The position numbers and the translations under genes are program-made. From the NCBI GenBank assembly GCA_965224825.1, contig CBDDAG010000003.1, forward strand, positions 969,414 through 1,033,413: a stretch of DNA of 64,000 nt, read 5' to 3'. The notes under the pieces were generated by a model. It worked only from the letters and a program-made list of their open reading frames with translations. It made no database searches and had not been told where the DNA came from. Origin of the DNA: Gammaproteobacteria bacterium. Its GTDB lineage: Bacteria > Pseudomonadota > Gammaproteobacteria > CAJXQU01. This document shows, piece after piece, positions 12,517 through 22,441 of this stretch (position 1 is its first letter; each line of letters begins with the position of its first letter).

Positions 12517-13217
12517 ATGAGTAATTTATTCAAAGATCATTTTTCCGAAAACACGAAAGATTATGCAGCATTTCGCCGGAAAAGAAAACTGCCTGGGATT
12601 GTGCAACCGGCAATGGACAGTCCGCACAGGAACTGAGTAAATATTTTTCACAAGTTCTCGCAACGGATGCAAGCGCGTCACAAATTGAACAGGCAACAAA
12701 ACAACAGAATATTATTTATAGTGTTTCTACAGCAGAGCAAACTTCAATAGAAACTGGATCAGTCGATCTTGTGACAGTGGCACAAGCGCTGCACTGGTTT
12801 GATCAGGAAAAGTTTTTTCTTGAGGTGAAACGCGTCCTTAAGCCTAAAGGCGTTCTCGCCGTCTGATCATACAATCTTTTGAAGTTACGATCAGAGATTG
12901 ATGATCTAATAAATCATTTTTATGCAGAGACTCTGGAATCTTATTGGCCGCCAGAAAGAAGAATGGTCGAACAGGGTTACGGTAAAATTCAATTTCCATT
13001 TAAGCAGATCGAAACACCAGATTTTGCAATGAAGCAGGAGTGGAATTGTTCACAACTATTGGGTTATCTAAGAACCTGGTCAGCCGTAAAAAAATACAAA
13101 CAGGAAAAAGGTATCGATCCCGTTGCTGAACTATCTGAAGAGATCACCCTTTTATGGGGAGATCCTGAAGAGACATTGAAAGTAGAATGGCCATTAAATA
13201 TCAGGGTCATGGTATAA
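12517..13217 (+). pseudogene. Decayed class I SAM-dependent methyltransferase (at least two frameshifts)
   Basis: MSNLFKDHFSENTKDYAAFR… then a frame switch near 12585 to …WDCATGNGQSAQELSKYFSQVLATDASASQIEQA…VDLVTVAQALHWFDQEKFF…KPKGVLAV. In-frame stop at 12864. C-terminal part continues in ORF 12879-13217. Confidence 0.6.
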
Positions 13218-13249
13218 AGGTACAAACAAAATAAAAAAGAGGAGATTTA

Positions 13250-13633
13250 ATGCGAATACTTCACACGATGTTGCGAGTTGGTAGTCTGAATCGATCACTG
13301 GAATTTTATACAGGAATTCTGGGCATGAGGTTGTTGCGGACACAGGATTATCCAGAAGGTAATTTCACGCTGGCATTTGTTGGTTGTGGTGATGAATCAG
13401 AAAATTCGGTACTGGAACTGACTTATAACTGGGATACAGACAGCTATGATCACGGCAATGCTTTTGGCCATATCGCGGTCGAAGTGGAAGATGTTTATAA
13501 AGCGGCGGAAGAGATTAAAGAACGCGGCGGCGATGTTGTTCGTGAAGCCGGTCCGATGAAAGGTGGAGATACGGTGATTGCGTTTGTGAAAGATCCGGAT
13601 GGCTATATGATCGAATTGATCGGGGTTAAGTAG
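13250..13633 (+). CDS. gloA: Lactoylglutathione lyase (glyoxalase I)
   Basis: 127 aa. …[13 protein letters not shown]… and …[12 protein letters not shown]… metal-binding pattern. Confidence 0.85.
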   Translation: MRILHTMLRVGSLNRSLEFYTGILGMRLLRTQDYPEGNFTLAFVGCGDESENSVLELTYNWDTDSYDHGNAFGHIAVEVEDVYKAAEEIKERGGDVVREAGPMKGGDTVIAFVKDPDGYMIELIGVK

Positions 13634-13695
13634 GTCGAAGTTATTCTGGTTATTAATTTGAGTAAATTGTTCTGAGGGCTTGCTGGCTTCGAATG

Positions 13696-13764
13696 GAGAT
13701 CCTTCGCTCTGCTCAGGATGACACCTTTTTTAGATTGTCATCCTGAACGATAGTGAAGGATCTC
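13696..13764. repeat. Inverted pair of about 28-bp REP-like units (TGTCATCCTGA-N-GAAGGATCTC), forming a bidirectional-terminator-like hairpin between gloA and rpoH
   Basis: Unit 13736-13764 and its reverse-complement copy 13696-13723. A third copy at 38413-38438. Confidence 0.55.
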
Positions 13765-13815
13765 TGAAAGAAACCACCGAAACGCTCGAAGAAACAAAGT
13801 TTGTGGATCTATCTC

Positions 13816-14676
13816 TTAAGCCGCAGCTTCCATAGCAACCCGCAATTTCTGCATAGCCGCCTTTTCCAGCTGGCGGATCCTTTCCGCAGAAACACCATAC
13901 TCATCAGCGAGATCATGCAGCGTTACCTTGCCATCAGCCAACCAGCGTCTGGCAACAATATCCTTAGTCCGATCATCCAGCGTGTTCATAGCTTTGCGCA
14001 ATAATGCCGTTTGCTGACTTTCATGCTGATCATTTTCCGCCAGTGACTCCGGCTGATATTGTTTATCAGACTCCAGATATTGACCCGGTGAAAAAACATG
14101 ATCATCGTCGTCCGAATCGAAAGCCGGATCAAAAGACGCATCATGCGCGCTCATGCGTTTTTCCATTTCCATCACAGTTTGTGGTTTCACACCCAGATCT
14201 TCGGCAACTTCATTAACCTCTTTCTGGTTCAACCAGCCAAGACGTTTTTTCGAGCTACGCAGATTAAAGAATAACTTTCGTTGTTCCTTGGTCGTCGCAA
14301 CTTTAACAATGCGCCAGTTCTTGATAATAAATTCATGCATTTCCGCACGGATCCAATGCACAGCATAAGTGACCAGCCGCACACCAACCGTCGGATCAAA
14401 ACGTTTCACCGCTTTCATCAAACCAATACTACCTTCCTGAATCAGATCATTTTGTGCAAGACCATAACCGTTATAACCACGGGCAACCTTAACCACAAAA
14501 CGTAGATGCGACATGACCAACTGACGGGCAGCTTGCAGATCACCGGTTTTCTGGAAACGGGTCGCAAGATCTTGTTCTTCCTCCAATGTCAGCATTGGAA
14601 CGGTATTAACCGATCGGATATAGCTATCCAGCGAGCCTGTTGGCAGCGCAAGTTGTAATTCAGCGTTATTCATCAT
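13816..14676 (-). CDS. rpoH: RNA polymerase sigma-32 heat-shock factor
   Basis: 286 aa with sigma-70 regions 2 and 4 and the RpoH box (…QRKLFFNLR…). Position upstream of ftsYEX. Confidence 0.95.
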   Translation of the reverse strand: MMNNAELQLALPTGSLDSYIRSVNTVPMLTLEEEQDLATRFQKTGDLQAARQLVMSHLRFVVKVARGYNGYGLAQNDLIQEGSIGLMKAVKRFDPTVGVRLVTYAVHWIRAEMHEFIIKNWRIVKVATTKEQRKLFFNLRSSKKRLGWLNQKEVNEVAEDLGVKPQTVMEMEKRMSAHDASFDPAFDSDDDDHVFSPGQYLESDKQYQPESLAENDQHESQQTALLRKAMNTLDDRTKDIVARRWLADGKVTLHDLADEYGVSAERIRQLEKAAMQKLRVAMEAAA

Positions 14677-14724
14677 TCGGGAATAATCCTCCTTTCGTAT
14701 ATGCCTATTTTAGCACTCAGGAGA

Positions 14725-14752
14725 TAAGAGTGCTAATAAACAGAAAAGTTCC
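14725..14752 (-). promoter_or_regulatory. Candidate sigma-E-type promoter for rpoH (GGAACTT-N16-TCTTA on the minus strand), embedded in an 8-bp IR hairpin (14711-14735)
   Basis: Minus-strand reading TGGAACTTttctgtttattagcacTCTTA about 45 nt upstream of the rpoH ATG. E. coli rpoH P3 is sigma-E dependent. Confidence 0.3.
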
Positions 14753-14964
14753 ATGATTTTCAGTTGCTTATAGAGATTGATCTCGTTCCCATGGTCTCCG
14801 TGGAAATGCATACCGGAACTCAATTCTGTCCGTGTTGTCTGAGTATGGATTCCCACGCAAGAGCATGGGAACCAGCAAGTAGGGCGGACTCGCTTGCAGT
14901 CCGCCGTTACAAACCTTCATGTACTTCATGCGGCGCGCATGGGAACCAGAAACCCAATCTCAAA

Positions 14965-15927
14965 TCAGCTTATTTCGCTCTTTTCAAGGTCTTTCTGATA
15001 AAGATAGACCGCGATCCATGAACTGATCACACCTAAAAGTGCGCCACCAAGAATGGTCAAAAGACAGTATTTGAGAAAAGATGAACTTGATTCCAGATCT
15101 ACCTGGTAGGACGAAAGTAATTCCCGGAAAGGTTCGGCGAGTAAGGCATAGCTGATCAACAATAATAGACTGGCAAGAATTCCGCCAAAGAATCCATATA
15201 ACAAACCACTATAAAGAAAAGGTCGTCGGATGAAGGCATTTGTTGCACCAAAAAGTCGGGAGAGCTGGATTTCCTGAATTCGACTCTGGATGCCGACACG
15301 GATCGTATTACCAATGATCAGCAATATGCTGGCGATCAATAAGGTACTGAGAACCGTGGCAGATTTATTCAGGAGCTGAATGATGGAATGTAGACGTTTT
15401 GCCCAGTGGCTGTCGAATTGTACGAGTTCAACTTCGGGCAATTTTTCCAGTTTGCTGACCAGAGAGTCCAGATTTTCCGACGATTCTTCATTAGCTGGTT
15501 GAATATTTAAAACAGCCGGCAGCGGGTTGTCGCCGAGTAATTCGATCAAATCACCTTGTACGGATGTCTGGCCATATTCTTCCAATGCCTGATCGCTGGA
15601 GATAAAATTAATCTCACTGATCTGATCATTGGCTTCCAAATTTTTCTGTAATTGTGTGATCTGTTTTTCACTAATGTCCTTTTTAAGGTAAAGCGAGATT
15701 TTATTGGTGGTGTCCACCATTCCGGTCATTTGATCAATATTATTTAGCACCAGAGATAATCCCACGGGCAAGGCTAAAGCAATTCCGATCACGGCAACAG
15801 TCAAAATGGTTGATGTTGGTGATTGCATCAATTGACCAAGGTTGGCCATCAGACAACGTAAATGCGTTTGCCACCATGAGCGGATCTTGCTTTTCAGGTT
15901 TGGTGAAGGTTTCTTAATCTCGTTCAC
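14965..15927 (-). CDS. ftsX: Cell division permease FtsX
   Basis: 320 aa with 4 TM and FtsX architecture. Overlaps ftsE. Confidence 0.9.
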   Translation of the reverse strand: MNEIKKPSPNLKSKIRSWWQTHLRCLMANLGQLMQSPTSTILTVAVIGIALALPVGLSLVLNNIDQMTGMVDTTNKISLYLKKDISEKQITQLQKNLEANDQISEINFISSDQALEEYGQTSVQGDLIELLGDNPLPAVLNIQPANEESSENLDSLVSKLEKLPEVELVQFDSHWAKRLHSIIQLLNKSATVLSTLLIASILLIIGNTIRVGIQSRIQEIQLSRLFGATNAFIRRPFLYSGLLYGFFGGILASLLLLISYALLAEPFRELLSSYQVDLESSSSFLKYCLLTILGGALLGVISSWIAVYLYQKDLEKSEIS

Positions 15928-16610
15928 TGGACTTGTTCCTGATCCGACTCAGATTCAAACGGGATTTGTTTACCGTCTTTCAAAGCAATTATGCGATGAC
16001 CCAGTGTTTTAGCCATTTCAACTTCATGCGTTGCGATTACAACCGTGACACCGATGCTTTTAAATTCTTCAAACAGCTTCATGATCTCGATGGAAAGTTC
16101 GGGATCAAGATTACCCGTTGGTTCATCAGCCAGCAGGATCGGCGGACGATTAACCACGGCGCGGGCAATGCCGACGCGTTGTTGTTCTCCACTGGAAAGC
16201 ATTAGCGGTTGTTTCTTTTCTTTTTGCAGCAGGCCAACTTTATCCAGCGCGGCATGGACGCGGCGGGGAATTTCTTTGTGATCATAACCAGCGATGACCA
16301 GCGGCAACGCGACATTATCGAAAACCGTGCGATCATTTAATAGGCGATGATCCTGAAAAATAAAGCCGATCTGTCGGCGCAGATAATAACGATGTTTTTC
16401 CGGGACTTTCTGGATATTGATTCCGTCGATGAGGATTTCGCCGCGAGTATGATTTTCCATCAGGGCGATCAGGCGTAATAAAGTACTTTTTCCAGCGCCA
16501 GAATGACCGGTGACGAAAACCATCTGTTCCGGTGGAATATAGAGATCCAGCGATTTGAGCGCTTCGCCCTGTCCGGGGTATAGTTTGGTGACGTTGGAGA
16601 ATCGGATCAT
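15924..16610 (-). CDS. ftsE: Cell division ATP-binding protein FtsE
   Basis: Walker A (GHSGAGKST), ABC signature (LSSGEQQR), Walker B. Confidence 0.95.
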   Translation of the reverse strand: MIRFSNVTKLYPGQGEALKSLDLYIPPEQMVFVTGHSGAGKSTLLRLIALMENHTRGEILIDGINIQKVPEKHRYYLRRQIGFIFQDHRLLNDRTVFDNVALPLVIAGYDHKEIPRRVHAALDKVGLLQKEKKQPLMLSSGEQQRVGIARAVVNRPPILLADEPTGNLDPELSIEIMKLFEEFKSIGVTVVIATHEVEMAKTLGHRIIALKDGKQIPFESESDQEQVQ

Positions 16611-16619
16611 ATATAGGGG

Positions 16620-17657
16620 CTACGTTTCTATATCCAGAAGCGCATCGACAAATTCTTTTGCATCAAAAACACGCAGATCTTCCTTTTGTTCGCCCACACC
16701 AATAAACCTAATAGGCAGATCAAACTTTTCTGCCAGCGCAAAAATAATGCCGCCCTTGGCTGTCCCGTCCAGCTTGGTTAAAGTCAGTCCGGTCAGCCCG
16801 GCAAATTCGTTAAAGCTTTCTGTTTGATTGATTGCATTTTGTCCGGTGGTTGCGTCGATCACCAGCATCACTTCGTGCGGTGCAGAAGCATCAACTTTGC
16901 TGATCACGCGGCGGATCTTGCGAAGCTCTTCCATCAAATGTGTTTGGGTTTGTAACCGTCCGGCGGTGTCGGCAATCAGCACATCAATATTTTTTGCCTT
17001 ACAGGATGAAACCGCATCGAAGATCACGGAAGCCGGATCAGCCTTGCCTCCATCGGTTCCGGAATGAGCAATAACGGTGACATTATTGCGTTCGCCCCAT
17101 GTTTGTAATTGCTCAACTGCCGCTGCCCGAAAAGTATCACCAGCAGCCAACGCGACAGATAATCCTTGTTCCTGAAAACGCTTGGTTAACTTGCCAATAG
17201 TAGTAGTTTTTCCCGCACCATTAATGCCGACCATCAACAAAACAAAAGGCCCATCCAGATCGCGGGGAATTTCTAATGGTTTACAGGTTGGCTCCAAAAG
17301 CTCCAGCATTTGATCACGTAAGGCTGTTTTCAACGACTGACCATCTTCCAGCTTTTGTTTTTTCAGCTGATCACGCAGACCCTGAACAATCGTTTCCGTT
17401 GCATCAATACCCACATCAGACATTAATAACTGATCTTCCAGTTCTTCCAGCGATTTTGCATCGATCTTTTCGCCACGACTAAAAAGCCCAGAAATCCCAC
17501 CGGTAATACTTTCGCTAGTCCGGCTCAGGCCGTCTTTTAGCCCTTTGAAAAAACCTTTCTTCTCTTCCGCGGGCTTTTCTGTCACCGGGGCCGGATCAGA
17601 AATTTCAGCCGTTTCGGGTTCTTTATCAGATTTTTTTTTGCGTCCAAATGTAAACAT
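16620..17657 (-). CDS. ftsY: Signal recognition particle receptor FtsY
   Basis: Acidic N-terminal region and SRP GTPase NG domain (GINGAGKTTT, DTAGR, TKLD). Confidence 0.95.
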   Translation of the reverse strand: MFTFGRKKKSDKEPETAEISDPAPVTEKPAEEKKGFFKGLKDGLSRTSESITGGISGLFSRGEKIDAKSLEELEDQLLMSDVGIDATETIVQGLRDQLKKQKLEDGQSLKTALRDQMLELLEPTCKPLEIPRDLDGPFVLLMVGINGAGKTTTIGKLTKRFQEQGLSVALAAGDTFRAAAVEQLQTWGERNNVTVIAHSGTDGGKADPASVIFDAVSSCKAKNIDVLIADTAGRLQTQTHLMEELRKIRRVISKVDASAPHEVMLVIDATTGQNAINQTESFNEFAGLTGLTLTKLDGTAKGGIIFALAEKFDLPIRFIGVGEQKEDLRVFDAKEFVDALLDIET

Positions 17658-17734
17658 AGTGAGTAGATTGGGGAACTAATTTATAGAATACGCTATCCTA
17701 ACATTGGAATAGATTAACTAGGAGACTGAATACG

Positions 17735-19126
17735 GTGTTTCACAAATCAAAATTACTAAAGTTATCATTGGCGAGTATTTTCCTCGTAAACATAAGCGGC
17801 GGGGTTGCTGCTGATCAGGGTGCAGAAAAGACCCACGAATACATGCTGGAGAATGGTCTGAAACTGATCGTTCAGGAAGATCATCGATCGCCGGTTGTCG
17901 TGACGCAAGTCTGGTACAAAGTTGGTGCGAGTTACGAGCACGAAGGCATTACCGGATTATCCCACATGCTCGAACACATGATGTTCAAAGGCACGAAGGA
18001 TCTGGAGCCGGGCGAATTTTCACGGATCATTTCCGAAAATGGTGGCCGCGAAAATGCTTTCACCAGCCGCGATTACACGGCATATTATCAGCAACTGGAA
18101 AAATCCCGTCTGCCGGTAAGTTTCAAACTGGAAGCTGATCGCATGCGTAACCTGATCATTTCAGATGAAGAGTTCCTCAAAGAAAGAAAAGTCGTCACCG
18201 AAGAACGTCGTATGCGAACCGACGACAAGCCAACATCTTTGGCCTACGAAAAATTACAGGCCGCTGCGTTTCAAACCAGCCCGTATCGAAATCCGGTGAT
18301 CGGTTGGATGGCGGATATCGAACATTACGAACCGCAGGATATGCGCGACTGGTACGGCATGTGGTATGCACCGAACAACGCCACGGTTGTGGTCGTTGGC
18401 GATGTCGTTCCGGAAGCCGTGCATCAATTAGCGATTAAACATTTTGGGCCTTTGAAACCGGAAAAACTGGCCGTGTTGAAAGATCGACCGGAGATCCCGC
18501 AAACGGGTGAAAAACGATTAGTCGTTCGGGATACTGCTCGAGTTCCTTATTTGTTGATGGGCTATAAAGTCCCTTCACTGGTTCAGGCGCTTGCTGATGA
18601 ATCTATTTCCGAAAAAGAAATATACGCGCTAGAAGTTCTGGCGGGAGTTCTTGATGGTGGCAGTAGTTCACGTCTGACTAAAAACCTGATCCGCGGACAG
18701 GAAATCGCCACCAGTGCCGGTGCGGGTTATAGCATGATGTCGAGACTGGAAACTTTGTTCTTTTTCGACGGAACACCAGCGCAAGGTCAGACGATCGACG
18801 CTCTGGAAAAAGCGATCCGATCCGAGATCGAGAAAGTAAAAAATGAACCGCTGGATGAAAAGGAAATGGCCAGAGTGAAAACACAAGTGATCACCGGCGA
18901 TATTTATGAAAAGGATTCTGTTTATTATCAGGCGATGATCATTGGATCACTGGAAACAATTGGACTCGACTGGAAAATTCGTGATGAATATGTCGGCAAA
19001 GTTCAGGCCGTAACCGCAGAAGAAGTTCAGGAGGTTGCGCGGAAATATCTACTGGATGATCACCTGACGGTGACAATTCTTGAACCGCTACCCGTTGAAA
19101 ATAAAACCGCATCAGTCGATCACTAA
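17735..19126 (+). CDS. M16-family zinc peptidase (active subunit, HxxEH)
   Basis: Signal peptide plus inverted zinc motif …GLSHMLEHMMFKGT…. Confidence 0.8.
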   Translation: MFHKSKLLKLSLASIFLVNISGGVAADQGAEKTHEYMLENGLKLIVQEDHRSPVVVTQVWYKVGASYEHEGITGLSHMLEHMMFKGTKDLEPGEFSRIISENGGRENAFTSRDYTAYYQQLEKSRLPVSFKLEADRMRNLIISDEEFLKERKVVTEERRMRTDDKPTSLAYEKLQAAAFQTSPYRNPVIGWMADIEHYEPQDMRDWYGMWYAPNNATVVVVGDVVPEAVHQLAIKHFGPLKPEKLAVLKDRPEIPQTGEKRLVVRDTARVPYLLMGYKVPSLVQALADESISEKEIYALEVLAGVLDGGSSSRLTKNLIRGQEIATSAGAGYSMMSRLETLFFFDGTPAQGQTIDALEKAIRSEIEKVKNEPLDEKEMARVKTQVITGDIYEKDSVYYQAMIIGSLETIGLDWKIRDEYVGKVQAVTAEEVQEVARKYLLDDHLTVTILEPLPVENKTASVDH

Positions 19127-19134
19127 TAAAAGAA

Positions 19135-20460
19135 ATGAATAATATGAAATTTTTAATTACCAGCCTTTTTCTATTTTTAGCCAGCGCAGTACAAGCCGGC
19201 CCCGCGATCCAAACCTGGGAAACCAGCAATGGTGCAAAAGTATTTTTCGTACCCGCACCAGAATTGCCGATGGCAGATATCCGTGTCGTCTTCGATGCGG
19301 GCAGTGTTCGCGAAGGTGAAAAATGGGGACTGGCTGCTTTAACCAGCGGCATGTTAGACGAAGGCGCGGATGGTTTGACCGCCGAACAGATCAGCGAATA
19401 TTTTGAAGATGTTGGTGCGCAAATGGGCAGCGGATCTTTGCGCGACATGGCTTTTGTTAGCGTGCGAACGATCACCGAGCCGGCGAATTTTGATCCGGCG
19501 CTGGAAGGGCTGGCAAAAGTCATCAGCAAACCAGATTTCCCACAGGCGGCTTTTGAACGTCAGCAAAAAAGAACACTGATCGGGCTGGAGCAGAAAAAAC
19601 AATCACCATCATCAATCGCAACGGATGCCTTTTACGAAGCCGTTTATGGCGATCACCCATACGCGCATCCAACCAGCGGCAACGAAGAAACGGTCAAGAG
19701 TTTCACCCGTGATGATCTGGTGACCTTTTATAAAGAATGGTACGTGGCGAAAAATGCCATGATCGCGATCGTTGGTGATCTAAGCACTGAACAGGCAAAA
19801 CAAGCGGCAGAAAAAGTCATCGGACAATTGCCCGTCGGAAAAGCCGCGCCATGTATTCCGCCAGTAAAAGATCTAACCGAAGAAAAAATCATCAAGATTC
19901 CATACCCATCATCACAAACAAGCATCTTCGTCGGACAGCCCGGAATGAAACGTGGCGATGCGGATTATTTTTCACTCTATCTTGGCAATCATTCTCTCGG
20001 TGGCAGCGGACTGGTTTCAAGACTCAGCGACGAAGTGCGTGAAAAACGCGGACTCTCTTATAGTGTTTACAGCTACTTCGCACCCATGGGTGAAAAAGGC
20101 CCCTTCATGTCCGGCATGCAAACCCGCAACGATCAGACGGATGAAGGCGTAAAAGTGCTGAAAGAAACCATCGCGAAATATATCAACGAAGGCCAGACGG
20201 AAAAAGAATTCGCCGCATCGGTAAAAAATATTACTGGCGGATTTCCCATGCGGATTGATAACAACGGCAAGATTGTCGAATATTTATCCATGATCGGATT
20301 CTACGATCAGCCGCTGGACTACCTCGATACTTTTATCGGCAAGATCGAAGCTTTGACAATTGATCAAACCAGAGATGCGATGAAACGCAGACTGGATCCG
20401 AATAAAATGGTTACAGTGATCGTTGGTGGCAGTGTAGAAAAACCAGCTAAAGGATCATGA
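19135..20460 (+). CDS. M16-family peptidase (non-catalytic partner subunit)
   Basis: Signal peptide and M16 fold-like length. Lacks HxxEH. Adjacent to the active subunit. Confidence 0.7.
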   Translation: MNNMKFLITSLFLFLASAVQAGPAIQTWETSNGAKVFFVPAPELPMADIRVVFDAGSVREGEKWGLAALTSGMLDEGADGLTAEQISEYFEDVGAQMGSGSLRDMAFVSVRTITEPANFDPALEGLAKVISKPDFPQAAFERQQKRTLIGLEQKKQSPSSIATDAFYEAVYGDHPYAHPTSGNEETVKSFTRDDLVTFYKEWYVAKNAMIAIVGDLSTEQAKQAAEKVIGQLPVGKAAPCIPPVKDLTEEKIIKIPYPSSQTSIFVGQPGMKRGDADYFSLYLGNHSLGGSGLVSRLSDEVREKRGLSYSVYSYFAPMGEKGPFMSGMQTRNDQTDEGVKVLKETIAKYINEGQTEKEFAASVKNITGGFPMRIDNNGKIVEYLSMIGFYDQPLDYLDTFIGKIEALTIDQTRDAMKRRLDPNKMVTVIVGGSVEKPAKGS

Positions 20461-20481
20461 TCCGGCTTACCTAAGCCCAAT

Positions 20482-20531
20482 AGCAGAATTGCAGATATTC
20501 CGTAATTCTGCTATTCTTGCTATGAGAATAG
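20482..20531. promoter_or_regulatory. Two short palindromes (AGCAGAATT-N13-AATTCTGCT and CTATTCT-N7-AGAATAG) directly upstream of the antitoxin gene: candidate operator or M16 terminator
   Basis: Read in sequence. AbrB/MazE-type antitoxins usually autoregulate through promoter palindromes. Confidence 0.35.
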
Positions 20532-20543
20532 AGAGGTAAGGTC

Positions 20544-20795
20544 ATGAGAGAAAATTTACTCGTATCAAGTAGAGGACAAATCACACTTCCAGCGGCGATC
20601 CGTAAACAGTTTGGGATTCAGGCTGGCGATGTCGTTGTGCTGGAAGAACATAATGGAGAACTGGTTCTTCGCCCAAGCGCTGTTTTACCGATTGAATTTT
20701 ATACGGACGAACAGATCAAAGAATGGGACGAAGCTGATCAATTTTCAGACGAAGATAAACTGGTTGATCAAAAGCAGAAAGCCAGCGTTTCATGA
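20544..20795 (+). CDS. AbrB/MazE/SpoVT-family antitoxin
   Basis: 83 aa. …SSRGQITLPAAIRKQFGIQAGDVVVLEE… swapped-hairpin pattern. 4-bp overlap with the downstream PIN gene. Confidence 0.55.
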   Translation: MRENLLVSSRGQITLPAAIRKQFGIQAGDVVVLEEHNGELVLRPSAVLPIEFYTDEQIKEWDEADQFSDEDKLVDQKQKASVS

Positions 20796-21202
20796 AGAAA
20801 GTTTTTCTTGATGCAAATGTTCTTTTTACCGCAGCACATAATCCCAAAGGAAAAGCCGCCTGGCTTCATACGATCAGTGGAGGCTGGATATTTGTAACTT
20901 CTAACTATGCTGTAGAAGAAGCAGTTAGGAACATTCAAAAGAAATATCCCGCTTGTCTGGAAAGCCTCGAAAACTACATTTCTAATCTTGAGATACACTC
21001 TTCTGGCGATGGAAGTACTTGTCCAATCTCTTTACCTGACAAAGATAAGCCTATCTTTGAGTCTGCGATGCAAGCACATTCAACACACCTGCTCACGGGA
21101 GATATAAAAGATTTTGGTCGTTTTATGAACAGGTCGAAAGAAACGGAAGGGATAATAATTCAAACTGTTGCAGAGTTTATTGATGAAATCCAAGCTGGGT
21201 AA
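20792..21202 (+). CDS. PIN-domain toxin (VapC-like)
   Basis: 136 aa. Starts MKKVFLDANVLF. Acidic residues spaced as in PIN nucleases. Coupled to the upstream antitoxin. Confidence 0.55.
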   Translation: MKKVFLDANVLFTAAHNPKGKAAWLHTISGGWIFVTSNYAVEEAVRNIQKKYPACLESLENYISNLEIHSSGDGSTCPISLPDKDKPIFESAMQAHSTHLLTGDIKDFGRFMNRSKETEGIIIQTVAEFIDEIQAG

Positions 21203-21743
21203 AGTACGCATAATCGCCGGCGAATGGCGTAGCCGAAAACTACCCGTCGCCGATGTTCCCGGTCTTCGTCCAACCACAGACAGGGTTCGCGAAACCCTGT
21301 TCAACTGGTTACAAAAATCCATTGTACAAGCACGGTGTCTTGATCTGTTCGCCGGAACTGGTGCGTTAGGTTTCGAAGCAGCATCGCGTGGAGCAGCAGA
21401 TGTGCTGATGATCGAACGTGATCGAACAGCCTTCACTAGTTTGCAGCAATCCTTAGAAATTCTGAAAACCGAAAAGGTAAAAGTTATTCAGGCGGACGCG
21501 CTAAACTGGTTGGAAAAAACGGAGCAGGTTTTTGATATTATTTTTCTTGATCCGCCGTTTGATCAAAACCTTATACCTGAAACCCTTGAAAAATTAATGC
21601 GATCATCCTGTGTGAAAAAAGGAACCTTGATCTATTTGGAAGAAGAACAGCAGGCTACTGAATCACCATTACCAGAAAGTCTGGAAATGATGAAACATGG
21701 TAAAGTTGGGCGGGTTAATTATTCATTGTTGAACGTCGGATAG
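21168..21743 (+). CDS. rsmD: 16S rRNA (guanine966-N2)-methyltransferase RsmD (true start probably an internal Met around 21183)
   Basis: …GKVRIIAGEWRSRKL… and …DLFAGTGALGFEAASRGA…, …FLDPPF. Confidence 0.8.
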   Translation: MQSLLMKSKLGKVRIIAGEWRSRKLPVADVPGLRPTTDRVRETLFNWLQKSIVQARCLDLFAGTGALGFEAASRGAADVLMIERDRTAFTSLQQSLEILKTEKVKVIQADALNWLEKTEQVFDIIFLDPPFDQNLIPETLEKLMRSSCVKKGTLIYLEEEQQATESPLPESLEMMKHGKVGRVNYSLLNVG

Positions 21744-21766
21744 AAAAACAAACAGCAGGAGCTTCT

Positions 21767-22084
21767 ATGATAAAAAAAATCACCACCCTTATAGGTTTGT
21801 TTTTGTTTCTTATGGGTTGCGCAACGTCAAAAAGTCCCTCTGACTTTGTTGAGGGATCAAAAACAAGAGAATCATTTTGTTACGATATTGAAACAGAAAT
21901 TGTTGAAAAACGTATCCATAAATTTATGTCTGGTTGTTACGCCCCTATTGAAGCAGTTATTCCTGATATGGACAGTTGTAAAACGCAGGTTAACTTGTCA
22001 GGCTTGAACGGGTTTTGGCGTAGACACTTTCTCCCTATAGATAAAGAAGCACAAGGACAAGTCGGGGAATGTTTTTTACGATAA
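21767..22084 (+). CDS. Hypothetical lipoprotein
   Basis: Lipobox …FLMGCATSK. Confidence 0.4.
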   Translation: MIKKITTLIGLFLFLMGCATSKSPSDFVEGSKTRESFCYDIETEIVEKRIHKFMSGCYAPIEAVIPDMDSCKTQVNLSGLNGFWRRHFLPIDKEAQGQVGECFLR

Positions 22085-22138
22085 TTTGGTTAGAGTAAAA
22101 ATCAAACAGAAAAAGAGGGCGTTTATATCATGTCAATA

Positions 22139-22441
22139 TTATGTTTCTAAAAGTTTCTCCTGAGCATCCATACGCTTATGTAAGATCCGAACAATCTCTA
22201 TTTGATCATCACTTAAACATCGATAAAAAATAAGATGACTAGCATTGGGGAATTTTTTATAGCCAGGTTTAATCAAGTCACATTTAATTCCGACATCGGG
22301 AGTTTCGGCAAGCATGTGGAAAGCATCATCAAACTGACGAACATAAATTTTTCGTTGCTCTTTTCCCCACTTTCGCTGTGTGTAAGCAGCTATAGATTTC
22401 AAATCAGCTAGAGCTGCATGGGTTAAAATAAATGTTCCCAC
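22139..22441 (-). CDS. parE: ParE/RelE-family toxin
   Basis: 100 aa with a RelE/ParE-fold pattern. Start overlaps the stop of upstream parD. Confidence 0.7.
   Translation of the reverse strand: MGTFILTHAALADLKSIAAYTQRKWGKEQRKIYVRQFDDAFHMLAETPDVGIKCDLIKPGYKKFPNASHLIFYRCLSDDQIEIVRILHKRMDAQEKLLET

Noticed and set aside
14815-14843. Plus-strand GGAACTC-N16-TCTGA as a sigma-E-dependent sRNA promoter
   Set aside because: No downstream stem-loop with a U-tract before the ftsX 3' end, so a discrete sRNA cannot be supported from sequence alone. Retained only as a low-weight remark within the rpoH-region finding.
14764-15021. 85-aa ORF in the rpoH-ftsX spacer
   Set aside because: It overlaps the ftsX 3' end and the structured rpoH promoter region. 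It has no RBS and its Cys/Pro-rich composition reflects GC-rich hairpins. More likely regulatory DNA.
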